NCBI GenBank assembly: GCA_965223465.1
Contig: OZ245025.1
Span: forward strand, 641,685-705,684
From: Candidatus Poriferihabitaceae bacterium
GTDB taxonomy: Bacteria; Pseudomonadota; Gammaproteobacteria; Arenicellales; Poriferihabitantaceae
DNA length: 64,000 nucleotides
Reading direction: 5' to 3'
The notes under the pieces are model-generated. The model was not told where the DNA came from, searched no databases, and saw nothing but the letters and a program-made list of their open reading frames with translations. Position 1 is the first letter of the stretch; each line of letters begins with the position of its first letter. Made by a program: the position numbers and the translations under genes. This document shows, one piece after another, positions 25,922-37,926 of this stretch.

Positions 25922-26479
25922 ATGTACGCTGTAGTTGAGACAGGCGGTAAACAATATAGAGTCGCAGTTGGCGACAAGCTAATGGTTGAAAAGCTTGATG
26001 CTGTAGAAGGCACGAACATTGAATTAGATCGTGTCTTGCTGGTTTGTGATGATGGTAAAGTAAACGTTGGTGCACCGCTGGTTAAAGGAACTGCGGTCAG
26101 CGCAACCGTACTGGCACAAGGACGCGGTGAGAAAATCAAGGTGTTCAAGTTTAAGCGGCGTAAGAAATACCGCCGCACGCAAGGCCACCGTCAATCTTTC
26201 ACGCAATTAGAAATCACCGCTATTGGTGGCAAGAGCGAAAAGTCCGAGAAAGCTGAGCCTAAGAAGGCAGCAGCTAAGAAAAGCAAAACGAAGCAAGATG
26301 TTTCTAAGAACGCTGCGGCTAAGAAAGCCAAAACCAAGAAGGAAGCGCCTAAGAAGGCTGAAACTAAAAAAGTCAAGGCTAAAAAGGATGCACCTAAAAA
26401 AGCAGACAAAAAATCTGATAAAGCCAAATCAAGCGCAAAAAAGCAGAAAAAGACTAAAAGTAAAGATAAAGACAAATAG
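25922..26479 (+). CDS. rplU: 50S ribosomal protein L21 with a Lys/Ala-rich C-terminal extension of about 80 aa
   Basis: [14 protein letters not shown]... is the canonical L21 start (ATG at 25922, GGAG upstream; the track start at 25874 is probably too early). After about 103 aa, a tail of KKAAAKK / KKAKTKK repeats continues to the stop. Confidence 0.9.
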   Translation: MYAVVETGGKQYRVAVGDKLMVEKLDAVEGTNIELDRVLLVCDDGKVNVGAPLVKGTAVSATVLAQGRGEKIKVFKFKRRKKYRRTQGHRQSFTQLEITAIGGKSEKSEKAEPKKAAAKKSKTKQDVSKNAAAKKAKTKKEAPKKAETKKVKAKKDAPKKADKKSDKAKSSAKKQKKTKSKDKDK

Positions 26480-26555
26480 TCTGGGCGGTACAGCACAGCG
26501 ATATACCATAATTTTTAAACGAATATAGCTAAAGAACTAATCAGGAGTCACAACG

Positions 26556-29069
<2,514 letters not shown>

Positions 29070-29105
29070 TGATCGGGGTATAGAAAAAACACTTCTCCTC
29101 ACGGT

Positions 29106-29132
29106 TGTTACAATTTGTTACACACTGTTACC
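29106..29132 (+). promoter_or_regulatory. three direct TGTTAC(A/C) repeats at exact 10-bp spacing, a candidate OmpR-family response-regulator site
   Basis: GTTAC occurs at 29107, 29117 and 29127, about 75-100 nt upstream of the CpxP/Spy-like gene. A 7-bp inverted repeat ATTGTAG/CTACAAT follows at 29144-29169. Confidence 0.4.
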
Positions 29133-29203
29133 AAGCTGAAAAGATTGTAGCCATATAAGAATCTACAATTTGAGCCTCAATCAACTAATAGAAGAGGTTT
29201 AAA

Positions 29204-29731
29204 ATGAAACGATCTACAAAGATCATTATTGGTACGGTCATCGGTGTTGGTCTCGTTGGGGCTGTTACCGCTAAGCAATTTGGCAGTTGTGAATATGGTG
29301 GTGGTTATGGGCACCGAGGGCATTTTTCCAAGATGGAACACGGTGGCCGACATATGGACCGTATGGCGCAACGTATCACTAAAAAGCTCGATCTCAATAC
29401 CGAGCAACAAGCGGAACTGGATAAGCTCAAAACGAGCATATTTGACAGTGTCCAAGACATGCGCTCGCAAAAGCCTGATGCAAGTGAAATACAGGCGTTA
29501 TTGAACAACGAGTTTGACCAAACCAAGGCGATGCAGCTGATCGAACAGCGGGGTCAGGTTCTAAAGGAAACTGCGCCTCAGATCATTACTGCATTTGCGC
29601 AGTTTTACGATCAGTTGAACGCCGAGCAACAAGCCAAAGTCAGTGAAATGGTGGAATATCGGATGAGCCATCGAGAGCATAAATGGGGTGGTCGTGGTAA
29701 AACGTCCTACGAAGCAGGGGACAATCGTTAA
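29204..29731 (+). CDS. Spy/CpxP/ZraP-family periplasmic protein (LTxxQ motifs)
   Basis: A signal peptide and two LTxxQ-like motifs (LNTEQQAELDKL, LNAEQQAKVSEM) are present. The gene precedes a two-component pair. Confidence 0.7.
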   Translation: MKRSTKIIIGTVIGVGLVGAVTAKQFGSCEYGGGYGHRGHFSKMEHGGRHMDRMAQRITKKLDLNTEQQAELDKLKTSIFDSVQDMRSQKPDASEIQALLNNEFDQTKAMQLIEQRGQVLKETAPQIITAFAQFYDQLNAEQQAKVSEMVEYRMSHREHKWGGRGKTSYEAGDNR

Positions 29732-29845
29732 ACAAGCGCTGCTGTAGCTTAAAATAGTTACGGGCTTTGGTTTAATCGGCTTTTTACAGTGCATAGGTGG
29801 GGTGATGTTACCCCACCTTATTTTTTAGTTTGGTAGACTATACCC

Positions 29846-30502
29846 ATGATCAAAGTGCTGATGATTGACGATGATACCGGGCTGGCCAAGCCGCTGATCA
29901 GCTATTTTGAGCGCTATGACTTACAACTGGATCACTCAGACGAACCGGTATCGGGGATTGATAAACTCAGGGCCGGGAATTATGCCTTTCTGATATTAGA
30001 TATCATGCTACCCGGTATGGATGGATTCGAGGTGTGCCGCCGAGTACGCGAGTTTAGCGATATTCCCATTATTATGTTAACCGCTCGCGGTGAAGTCAGC
30101 GATCGTGTCGTTGGTCTGGAACTGGGGGCGGATGATTATCTTCCCAAACCATTTGACCCCAGGGAATTGGTCGCCAGAATTCAAAGAATTCTTAAACGAA
30201 CACAGCGGCGCCCAGCGTCTGAGATAAACAATGGGTTGATCATCGATTTAAACTGCCAAACTGCCAGTTTGGAAGGCACTCCACTGGAACTCAGTACCCG
30301 AGAATTTGCCTTATTAGCACTACTAAGTCAGGCACCCGGTAAAGCATGGACACGCGATGAAATCATGAACGAGCTGCGTGGTACGGACGCAGATATCTAT
30401 TCGCGTGTAATTGATATTTCCATCAGTCGTTTACGTAAAAAACTCAAACCCTTGGACCCAATCAAAACCGTATGGGGCACGGGTTACCGATGGAGTAATT
30501 AA
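29846..30502 (+). CDS. OmpR/PhoB-family response regulator
   Basis: The receiver domain (DDD...LILDIMLPGMDG...) is followed by a winged-helix output domain (LSTREFALLALL...VWGTGYRW). Confidence 0.9.
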   Translation: MIKVLMIDDDTGLAKPLISYFERYDLQLDHSDEPVSGIDKLRAGNYAFLILDIMLPGMDGFEVCRRVREFSDIPIIMLTARGEVSDRVVGLELGADDYLPKPFDPRELVARIQRILKRTQRRPASEINNGLIIDLNCQTASLEGTPLELSTREFALLALLSQAPGKAWTRDEIMNELRGTDADIYSRVIDISISRLRKKLKPLDPIKTVWGTGYRWSN

Positions 30503-30507
30503 CGGAT

Positions 30508-31824
30508 ATGTCGTCATCTATGTTCAGCCGTTGGCGCGATAAATTTGGTGCCAGCCTGTCGCTAAAGTTAATCGGTATTTTCGTGGGCGGAAGTATTGCC
30601 CTGGTGATGCTGATTGGCAGCGTGTCTCGCTTTGGCCTGGAGAGGCAGGTTTTTATGACCGCCAGACCGGTATTGAGTCATTATATTGAGTATTTGTCCG
30701 ATGAAGTGGGTACACCACCCAGCACAGCGCGTGCCGAAGAAATTACCGAACGATGGCCGCTAATCATTCGTATTTTTGACCCGGTACAAGATCTGCGTTG
30801 GGCCAGCGATGGCAAGGTACGAGAGCCGCGCATTAACGAGCACCGCAAAGATCGAAAATTTGGCCGACGTAGGGCGGTATTCTGGGATCATGGCACTGTC
30901 TTTTTGCGTAAAAACGCAGGTGAAGCCAGGGTGTATTATGGGCTCAGACTGCGTCATGGTGGCCCACCTTGGGTGCCGCTTGCGTTCATCAGCTTGGTAT
31001 TACTTGGCCTGGTGGGTTTTTATCTGCTGACGCGCAAATTGTTCGCACCGATTCAGCAGATCGAAACCGGTATTGCCAAAATAGGCGATGGACAGCTAGA
31101 TCATCGAATTACCATAAAGCGACGTGATGAACTTGGTCGGCTTGCGGATCAGGTCAATCAGATGGCTAAGCAACTCGGTGGCATGATGCAGGCAAAGCGA
31201 GACTTATTGTTGGCGTTGAGTCATGAATTGAAATCACCCTTGGCCCGTTCGCGAGTCACCCTGGCGTTGTTAGAAGACACTGAAGAGCGTGATGCCCTGC
31301 TGGATGATCAGCAGGAAATGCAGCGTTTGATCGATCAGATCATTGCCGCCGAACGCACTCAGGGCGATTTTGCCATCATTCATCGTGAGTCTACTGATAT
31401 GCGGGCCTTGATTGAAGGTGTGGTGGCCAAGTTCGAACCACCGAATGTAATTGAAATAAGTGTTAGTCTGGATGAACCTGTCAATGTCGATAGCGGGCAG
31501 ATTGAACGTTTATTACGTAATTTGTTAGAAAATGCGCTACGTTATAACCGACCAGAAATAGGGCCGGTAAAGCTTAATTGCGATAAAGAGGCGGGCCAAA
31601 TGGTGCTGGTGGTGGCAGATCACGGGCCGGGTGTCGAAGCACAGCATCTTGATCGCTTGACCGAAGCATTTTATCGCGCGGACGCGTCGCGTGAACGTAA
31701 AACTGGTGGCTTGGGTTTGGGTCTGTACTTATGCCAAGCCGTGGTCAATGCGCATAAGGGTACGTTGGAGATCAGTAGTGAAGTGGGGCAGGGGATGCGT
31801 GTGACTTGCCGTATTCCGGTGTAG
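30508..31824 (+). CDS. sensor histidine kinase (2 TM, HAMP, HisKA, HATPase_c)
   Basis: The H-box SHELKSPLA, the N box LLRNLLENALRY, and the G boxes DHGPGV and GGLGLGLY are present. Confidence 0.9.
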   Translation: MSSSMFSRWRDKFGASLSLKLIGIFVGGSIALVMLIGSVSRFGLERQVFMTARPVLSHYIEYLSDEVGTPPSTARAEEITERWPLIIRIFDPVQDLRWASDGKVREPRINEHRKDRKFGRRRAVFWDHGTVFLRKNAGEARVYYGLRLRHGGPPWVPLAFISLVLLGLVGFYLLTRKLFAPIQQIETGIAKIGDGQLDHRITIKRRDELGRLADQVNQMAKQLGGMMQAKRDLLLALSHELKSPLARSRVTLALLEDTEERDALLDDQQEMQRLIDQIIAAERTQGDFAIIHRESTDMRALIEGVVAKFEPPNVIEISVSLDEPVNVDSGQIERLLRNLLENALRYNRPEIGPVKLNCDKEAGQMVLVVADHGPGVEAQHLDRLTEAFYRADASRERKTGGLGLGLYLCQAVVNAHKGTLEISSEVGQGMRVTCRIPV

Positions 31825-31833
31825 ATAACCGGT

Positions 31834-32682
31834 TTAATCAGTGTTTAGAGTTTCCGCGTGGTGCTGAATATGATCTTGCATAAAGCTGGCGATAAAAAAG
31901 TAGCTGTGATCATAGCCTTCCTGCATGCGCAATATTAGATCTTGCTCTGCCGCGTCACAAGCCTGCGCGAATAACTCCGGGCGTAATTGTTCGTCCAAAA
32001 AAGAATCCCCACTCCCCTGATCGATCAAAATGGGGTTGGTAGTGCGATGACCTGCCTTGACCAGCTCGGTGGCATCATATTGCTGCCAGTGTGTTTCATC
32101 TCCACCCAGATAGCCAGCGAAGGCATTTTGGCCCCACGGCACCTGGGTTGGTGCAACAATCGGCGAAAAAGCAGAAACCGAGCGATACTGATCGGGGTTA
32201 CGCAGGGCAATTGTCAACGCCCCATGCCCACCCATGGAGTGGCCAAAAATACCGGACTTCTCAGGATTCACAGAAAAATGCTGCGCGAGCAATGCAGGTA
32301 GCTCGTCAACAATATAGCTGTACATGCGGTAATTGGTAGACCAGGGTGTCAGCGTCGCATCCAGGTAAAATCCTGCGCCGCTGCCAAAATCATAGTTATC
32401 GTGTTCCCCCGAGTGATGCGAGTTGCGCGGGCTGGTGTCTGGGCAGACGACCATAAGCCCGTGTTCGGCGGCATATCGCTGAAAGCCTGCTTTGGTGGTG
32501 GCGTTTTCCTGAGTGCAGGTCAGGCCAGACAAATAATATAGCACCGGCACCGGCCCCGTATTTGCCTGGGGTGGCGTATAGACGCTAAATTCCATTGCGC
32601 ATCGGGTGTTATCGGATTGATGTTTATAAACTCCCTGCATGCCCCCAAATGAAGCATGCTGTTCTATGGTTTCCAACGCCAC
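31834..32682 (-). CDS. frmB: S-formylglutathione hydrolase (esterase D)
   Basis: FGGMQGVYKHQS...YYLSGLTCT...GHSMGGHGAL is the FrmB/FghA signature. It is separated from frmA by 1 nt. Confidence 0.9.
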   Translation of the reverse strand: MALETIEQHASFGGMQGVYKHQSDNTRCAMEFSVYTPPQANTGPVPVLYYLSGLTCTQENATTKAGFQRYAAEHGLMVVCPDTSPRNSHHSGEHDNYDFGSGAGFYLDATLTPWSTNYRMYSYIVDELPALLAQHFSVNPEKSGIFGHSMGGHGALTIALRNPDQYRSVSAFSPIVAPTQVPWGQNAFAGYLGGDETHWQQYDATELVKAGHRTTNPILIDQGSGDSFLDEQLRPELFAQACDAAEQDLILRMQEGYDHSYFFIASFMQDHIQHHAETLNTD

Positions 32683-32683
32683 T

Positions 32684-33793
32684 TCAGAACTCCACCACGC
32701 TGCGGATCGATTCGCCGGAGTGCATTAAATCCCAGGCCTGGTTAATGTCCTCCAATGCCAGTTTATGTGTGATCAGATCGTCAATATTGATTTTACCGTC
32801 CATATACCAGTCTACAATTTTAGGTACATCGGTCCGCCCCTTAGCGCCGCCAAAAGCGGTTCCACGCCAGACCCGGCCGGTGACCAATTGAAAAGGTCGG
32901 GTGGCAATTTCCTGACCCGCACCAGCCACACCGATTATGGTGCTTTCCCCCCAGCCTTTATGACAACATTCCAGCGCTTGGCGCATTACCTCAACATTGC
33001 CAATACATTCAAATGAATGATCGGCTCCGCCGCGTGTCAGATCGACCAGATAGGGGACCAAATCACCCTCTACTTCACTGGGATTAACAAAATGGGTCAT
33101 GCCAAACTTCTCACCTAATGCTTTGCGGTCCGGGTTGGTGTCCACCCCGACAATCATATTAGCGCCGACCATGCGCGCACCCTGTACCACATTCAGACCA
33201 ATCCCGCCCAATCCAAAAACGATAACGTTATCACCTGCCTGAACCTTGGCAGTGTTTATCACCGCGCCAATACCCGTGGTGACGCCACAGCCGATATAGC
33301 AAACCTTGTCAAAAGGCGCATCCTCGCGAATTTTAGCCAGGGCAATTTCGGGCACTACGGTGTAATTGGAAAAAGTGGAGGTACCCATATAGTGGAAGAC
33401 ATCTTCCTTGCCCAGCTTAAAGCGAGACGTTCCGTCGGGCATGACGCCCGCACCCTGGGTTTCGCGTATCGATTGACATAGATTGGTTTTCCCCGAGGTA
33501 CAGTATTCGCATTGTCGGCATTCTGGTGTATACAGGGGGATAACATGGTCGCCTTTTTTCAGCGAGGTCACGCCTGCACCCACATCCACCACGACACCGG
33601 CACCTTCGTGGCCCAAAACCGCTGGAAACAAACCCTCTGGGTCATCACCGGAACGGGTAAATTCATCGGTATGACAGACCCCCGTCGCGCGGATTTCAAC
33701 CAGACATTCGCCGGCTCTGGGACCGTCAAGTTGTAAGGTTTCTATGCTTAAAGGTTCGCCCGCTTGAAATGCTACTGCTGCTCTGGTTTCCAT
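32684..33793 (-). CDS. frmA: S-(hydroxymethyl)glutathione dehydrogenase / class III alcohol dehydrogenase
   Basis: AAVAF.AG.PL.IE...GVCHTD...LGHEGAGVV and the remainder of the 369 aa are typical of class III ADH. Confidence 0.93.
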   Translation of the reverse strand: METRAAVAFQAGEPLSIETLQLDGPRAGECLVEIRATGVCHTDEFTRSGDDPEGLFPAVLGHEGAGVVVDVGAGVTSLKKGDHVIPLYTPECRQCEYCTSGKTNLCQSIRETQGAGVMPDGTSRFKLGKEDVFHYMGTSTFSNYTVVPEIALAKIREDAPFDKVCYIGCGVTTGIGAVINTAKVQAGDNVIVFGLGGIGLNVVQGARMVGANMIVGVDTNPDRKALGEKFGMTHFVNPSEVEGDLVPYLVDLTRGGADHSFECIGNVEVMRQALECCHKGWGESTIIGVAGAGQEIATRPFQLVTGRVWRGTAFGGAKGRTDVPKIVDWYMDGKINIDDLITHKLALEDINQAWDLMHSGESIRSVVEF

Positions 33794-33820
33794 TTGTTTT
33801 TCCTCTTTTTAAGTAGTTGT

Positions 33821-34468
33821 TTAGCTTGCGAATGCTTTTTCGAGCATCGCGTTAGATGTGCTCTGGGCCTCGGTCGAATTGCTCACGCCAGACCATATGG
33901 TTTCAAAAACCTGATCAATGTATAGATTTAAAGGGTCAGTGATCACGCCATCGAGTCTTAACTGAATCAGTCTCGACATGCCGCCAAAAATAGTCGTTGT
34001 CGTTATCCAGGCATTGTTTGCTCTAAATTCGCCCCGGTCGATTCCATTTTGGACTATGGCTTGCATTTTGGTAAACGGGGCTGCGTCACAAATGGGTGGC
34101 AGCTGGGGTAAAAACTCAGAATGTTTGGCATGAAAAACATAGGCAATAATATCTGAATGGGTTTCGGTATAGCTAAAAAACGCTGAAATAAGTGCTTCAC
34201 ATTTTGCTCTAGCGGTTTTGTTATGCAAAATAACATCGTCAACCAAAGCTTCAATTTCGCCCAAAATATGGTGGTAAAGTGATTCTGCAATACCTTCCTT
34301 TCCATCAAAATATCGGTAAATCGAGCCAATACTTACGTCCGCCAGCTTTTGTATCTCATGTATCGAAACCTTGTGATAACCATGTTCTACGAACAAGACC
34401 AAGGCAGCAGTTAGTATTTTACAATCCAGTGGTTCTGGCTCCGGAGTCGGTCGATTTAGGTATGGCAT
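33821..34468 (-). CDS. TetR/AcrR-family transcriptional regulator
   Basis: The N-terminal TetR HTH is LFVEHGYHKVSIHEIQKLADVSIGSIYRYFDGKEG. It is the first gene of the apparent tetR-frmA-frmB operon. Confidence 0.85.
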   Translation of the reverse strand: MPYLNRPTPEPEPLDCKILTAALVLFVEHGYHKVSIHEIQKLADVSIGSIYRYFDGKEGIAESLYHHILGEIEALVDDVILHNKTARAKCEALISAFFSYTETHSDIIAYVFHAKHSEFLPQLPPICDAAPFTKMQAIVQNGIDRGEFRANNAWITTTTIFGGMSRLIQLRLDGVITDPLNLYIDQVFETIWSGVSNSTEAQSTSNAMLEKAFAS

Positions 34469-34490
34469 ACGTATTAGTATATTATATTAA

Positions 34491-34519
34491 TTGACAAAAA
34501 TGAACATTCATTCTATTAT
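34491..34519 (+). promoter_or_regulatory. sigma70-type promoter of the mtoX-like gene with an embedded palindrome (candidate TetR operator)
   Basis: TTGACA-17 nt-TATTAT. The spacer contains AATGAA-ca-TTCATT (34499-34512). Confidence 0.45.
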
Positions 34520-34566
34520 GAAAATTCACATTCTATAAAGCACTAAATATACCGTAGGAGGAAAAT

Positions 34567-35940
34567 ATGAATTTGACTAAAATAGGTATTCATAAGCTGA
34601 AATCAGCCAGCCTGTCCCTATTAGCGGCACCGCTGCTCGCTTTTTCAGCGCCTAGTTTCGCCGATGAAACCTGTATGTCACCGTACATGGCAAAGATTAC
34701 CGGCCAGGAAGATTATGTCTATGTCTGGACGCTGGGTACCGAAGGCATGGGCGATGGGCAGGATAAGCTGGTGACCGTGGATGTGAATCCATCCTCTTCG
34801 TCTTATGGCACGGTAATCAACAGTTTATCAGTTGGTGGTAGAAATGAAGCCCATCATTCCGGCTTCACCGATGATCGCAAGTATCTTTGGGCGGGCGGGC
34901 TGGACACCAGCAAAGTATTCATTTTTGACGTACATACCGATCCGGCCAAGCCCAGTTTACATAAGGTAATCGATACCTTTGTGGCCGATAGTGGCGGAGT
35001 CGTAGGGCCGCACACGACCTACGCATTACCAGGCCGTATGATGATTACCGGGTTGTCGAACAACAAAGACCACGGAGGGCGCACCGCACTGGTGGAATAT
35101 TCCAATGCGGGTGAATATATCGCGACGCATTGGATGCCCACCGACGAAAACCTCAATGGCGCGGATAAGACCGGTAAATTTGCGGATGGTTATGGTTACG
35201 ACTTACGCGTGTTACCGCGTAAAAACCTGATGGTGACTTCATCATTTACAGGCTGGAGCAACTATATGATGGATTTTGGCAAAATGCTGGGTGATGCAGA
35301 AGCCATGAAGCGTTTTGGCAATACCGTGGTTGCTTGGGATTTGCACGCGAAACAACCCAAGAAAGTATTTGATGTTCCAGGTGCGCCTCTTGAAATTCGC
35401 TGTGCCTGGGGAGCGAATAATAATTACTGCTTTACTACCGCGGCATTGACTTCAAAAATATGGTTGATTCACGAAGATGAGAACGGTGAGTGGCAAGCGA
35501 GCGATGTTGCCGATATTGGTGACCCGGCGAAAATACCCTTACCAGTTGATATCTCAATTTCCAGTGATGATAAAAGGCTATGGGTGAATACTTTTATGGA
35601 TGGTAAAACGCGACTGTTTGATATTTCCGACCCTAAAAACCCGACTCAGGTCTATGAAGAAACCGTCGGTGATATGGTCAATATGGTTTCTTCCAGTTGG
35701 GACGGAAAACGACTGTACTACACCACTTCATTGTTGGGGAATTGGGATAAAAAGGATGGTGATCAATTCCTTAAACTGTATGAGTGGGATGGAGAGAAGC
35801 TCAATGAAAAGTTCAAGATTGATTTCTATGCAGCAAAATTAGGTAAGCCACACCAAATGCGCTTTGGTGCGCATTCCTTGTACAGCATTGCAAAAGGGGG
35901 TGACAAGGCGCCACAAAATAGCCCGATTGCGGCAAACTAG
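34567..35940 (+). CDS. mtoX: selenium-binding protein (SBP56) family / methanethiol oxidase-like, periplasmic
   Basis: 457 aa with a signal peptide (...APSFADE). SBP56-type beta-propeller sequence is visible (YVYVWTLG...NEAHHSGF...GPHT...). The neighbouring SCO1 and MauG-like genes match the reported mtoX context. Confidence 0.8.
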   Translation: MNLTKIGIHKLKSASLSLLAAPLLAFSAPSFADETCMSPYMAKITGQEDYVYVWTLGTEGMGDGQDKLVTVDVNPSSSSYGTVINSLSVGGRNEAHHSGFTDDRKYLWAGGLDTSKVFIFDVHTDPAKPSLHKVIDTFVADSGGVVGPHTTYALPGRMMITGLSNNKDHGGRTALVEYSNAGEYIATHWMPTDENLNGADKTGKFADGYGYDLRVLPRKNLMVTSSFTGWSNYMMDFGKMLGDAEAMKRFGNTVVAWDLHAKQPKKVFDVPGAPLEIRCAWGANNNYCFTTAALTSKIWLIHEDENGEWQASDVADIGDPAKIPLPVDISISSDDKRLWVNTFMDGKTRLFDISDPKNPTQVYEETVGDMVNMVSSSWDGKRLYYTTSLLGNWDKKDGDQFLKLYEWDGEKLNEKFKIDFYAAKLGKPHQMRFGAHSLYSIAKGGDKAPQNSPIAAN

Positions 35941-35958
35941 GCTGGTTTGTGCACTATA

Positions 35959-35991
35959 GACCGCCTGCTAAGTTCGCTTAGTTAGGCGGTC
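35959..35991 (+). other. intercistronic hairpin between mtoX and the SCO1-MauG gene
   Basis: GACCGCCT...AGGCGGTC (8-bp stem, with extra ctaag/cttag inner pairing). No U tract follows, so it may be an mRNA stability or attenuation element rather than a full terminator. Confidence 0.35.
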
Positions 35992-36001
35992 GCGTGGATT
36001 G

Positions 36002-37924
36002 ATGATTCGGTCTCTAGATCTGGCCCTGGCCACTTTTTTATTATCTCTCAGTCTGAATTTCGCGCAAGCAGACTCGCCATCACTGGCAGTTGGCTACGGC
36101 GAGCTACCTTATCAGCTTCCCGCTGCGGGGAGCTATCCTTTGCCGGTGCTGGGTCTGGCGAAAGACGCAACAATCCTGACTTCGGAAGGCAAAATAAGCA
36201 GTTTGTATGAGGTGTTTGGTGATCAGTATGTGCTGCTCAGTTTTATCTATAGTTCTTGTAACGATGTAAATGGCTGCCCCTTAGCCTCGCACGTTTCCTA
36301 TCAGCTAAAAGCCCAAATGCGGAATAACGCGTTGTTGGCGGATAATTTGAAACTCGTGAGCATCAGCTTTGATCCAGAAAGAGATACCCCTCAGGTGATG
36401 AAGTTATACGCGAATAACTTCAAATATGCCGGTAAAGCGGGTGAATGGCAGTTTCTTACCACAGATTCGGTATCCAGTCTGGCCCCGATTCTGGCTGACT
36501 ACCAGCAGGATATCCAAAGAGAATATAGCCTGGATGGGAATCAATCTGATGATTTTTCGCACATTTTAAGGGTATTTTTAATTGATCCTCAAAAGCAGAT
36601 TCGCAATATATATAGCGTGGAATTTCTGCACCAAGATGTCGTGTTAAATGATCTCAACACGCTGTTCATGCAGGCCGGGCTCAATGCACCTGATCCATTA
36701 GATCCAAATCAGAAAAGGGCTGATGTCACCAGTAAGTTGCATGGGCCAGGTGATAATAAACAGGGTTACGAAAGCAGCGCGTACCAAACGCAAAGCGAAG
36801 ACTTGACCCAGCGCACGGGTCAAGCTACTGATTTGCAGGCTTTGCTCAATTCGCCGCCGTTGGGTTTGCCGCCTTTACCCACCGAACAAAGCTTCAGCGC
36901 AGCGCAAATTCAGTTAGGTCGTCGATTGTTTTTTGATCGGCGTTTATCCCTGAACGACACTTTCTCTTGTGCGATGTGCCATATCCCGGAGCAAGGGTTT
37001 ACCAGCAATGAAATGGCGACTGCGGTCGGCGTAGAAGGGCGTTCGGTGCGGCGCAATTCACCGACGCTTTACAATGTGGCTTACGCGAGCAGACTGTTTC
37101 ATGATGGGCGTGAAAATTCACTCGCACAACAAGCCTGGGGCCCCTTACTGGCGCGAAACGAGATGGCCAACCCATCGGTTGGTTATGTAATTGACAAACT
37201 AAAAGCGATACCTGACTACCAGGGCTTATTTGAAACAGCGTTTAATGGCAGATCAGCAAGTATGGAAACGGTCGGCACTGCTTTGGCGGCCTATCAAAGC
37301 GCTTTGCTTTCGGCCAATTCTGCGTTTGATCGCTGGTACTATGGCAAACAGCAAAACGCCTTGGATGATCAGCAGAAAAAGGGCTTTGCCCTGTTTACCG
37401 GTCAGGCGGGTTGCGCAAGTTGCCATGCGATTACCCAGCAAGCAGCGATATTTACCGACAATCAGTTGCACAATACCGGCCTGGGGTTTGCGGCTTCCAT
37501 GGGCGTAGGTGATGAAAAACAGCGTGTGCAACTCGCGCCGGGGGTCTATGTTGAAGTAGAGCAATCGATTATCGATAAAGTCGGCGAACCTCGACCTGCG
37601 GATCTTGGTTTGTACGAAGTAACCCAGAACCCGGATGATCGCTGGAAGTACAAAACACCCACATTGCGCAACGTCGCATTGACCGCACCGTATATGCATG
37701 ATGGAAGATTCAGTGATTTACGCGAGGTGGTGGAGTTTTATAATCACGGAGGGATACCTAACCCCTTATTATCGCCCAAAATTCGCCCCTTGTATCTGAG
37801 TGATCAAGAAATAGATGCGTTGGTCGCTTTCATGCAGGCACTGACCGGCGATAATATTAATATATTGGTCGCGGACGCATTTGCTGCGCCCGTGGGTGAT
37901 CATGTCTCTGTTGATCAGCAGTGA
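36002..37924 (+). CDS. fusion protein: N-terminal SCO1/SenC-like thioredoxin-fold domain plus C-terminal di-haem cytochrome c peroxidase/MauG-like domain
   Basis: The N-terminal half resembles SCO1 (LLSFIYSSC.....C; SISFDPERDTP). The C-terminal half has two CxxCH haem motifs (CAMCH, CASCH) and MauG/CCP-like sequence (TPTLRNVALTAPYMHDG). ATG at 36002 is preferred over TTG at 35999. Confidence 0.8.
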   Translation: MIRSLDLALATFLLSLSLNFAQADSPSLAVGYGELPYQLPAAGSYPLPVLGLAKDATILTSEGKISSLYEVFGDQYVLLSFIYSSCNDVNGCPLASHVSYQLKAQMRNNALLADNLKLVSISFDPERDTPQVMKLYANNFKYAGKAGEWQFLTTDSVSSLAPILADYQQDIQREYSLDGNQSDDFSHILRVFLIDPQKQIRNIYSVEFLHQDVVLNDLNTLFMQAGLNAPDPLDPNQKRADVTSKLHGPGDNKQGYESSAYQTQSEDLTQRTGQATDLQALLNSPPLGLPPLPTEQSFSAAQIQLGRRLFFDRRLSLNDTFSCAMCHIPEQGFTSNEMATAVGVEGRSVRRNSPTLYNVAYASRLFHDGRENSLAQQAWGPLLARNEMANPSVGYVIDKLKAIPDYQGLFETAFNGRSASMETVGTALAAYQSALLSANSAFDRWYYGKQQNALDDQQKKGFALFTGQAGCASCHAITQQAAIFTDNQLHNTGLGFAASMGVGDEKQRVQLAPGVYVEVEQSIIDKVGEPRPADLGLYEVTQNPDDRWKYKTPTLRNVALTAPYMHDGRFSDLREVVEFYNHGGIPNPLLSPKIRPLYLSDQEIDALVAFMQALTGDNINILVADAFAAPVGDHVSVDQQ

Positions 37925-37926
37925 TA

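Noticed and set aside
26191-26528. 101-aa ORFs on both strands over the 3' part of rplU.
   Set aside because: They are artefacts of the low-complexity aag/aaa-rich sequence encoding the L21 Lys-rich tail. The in-frame continuation of L21 explains the region.
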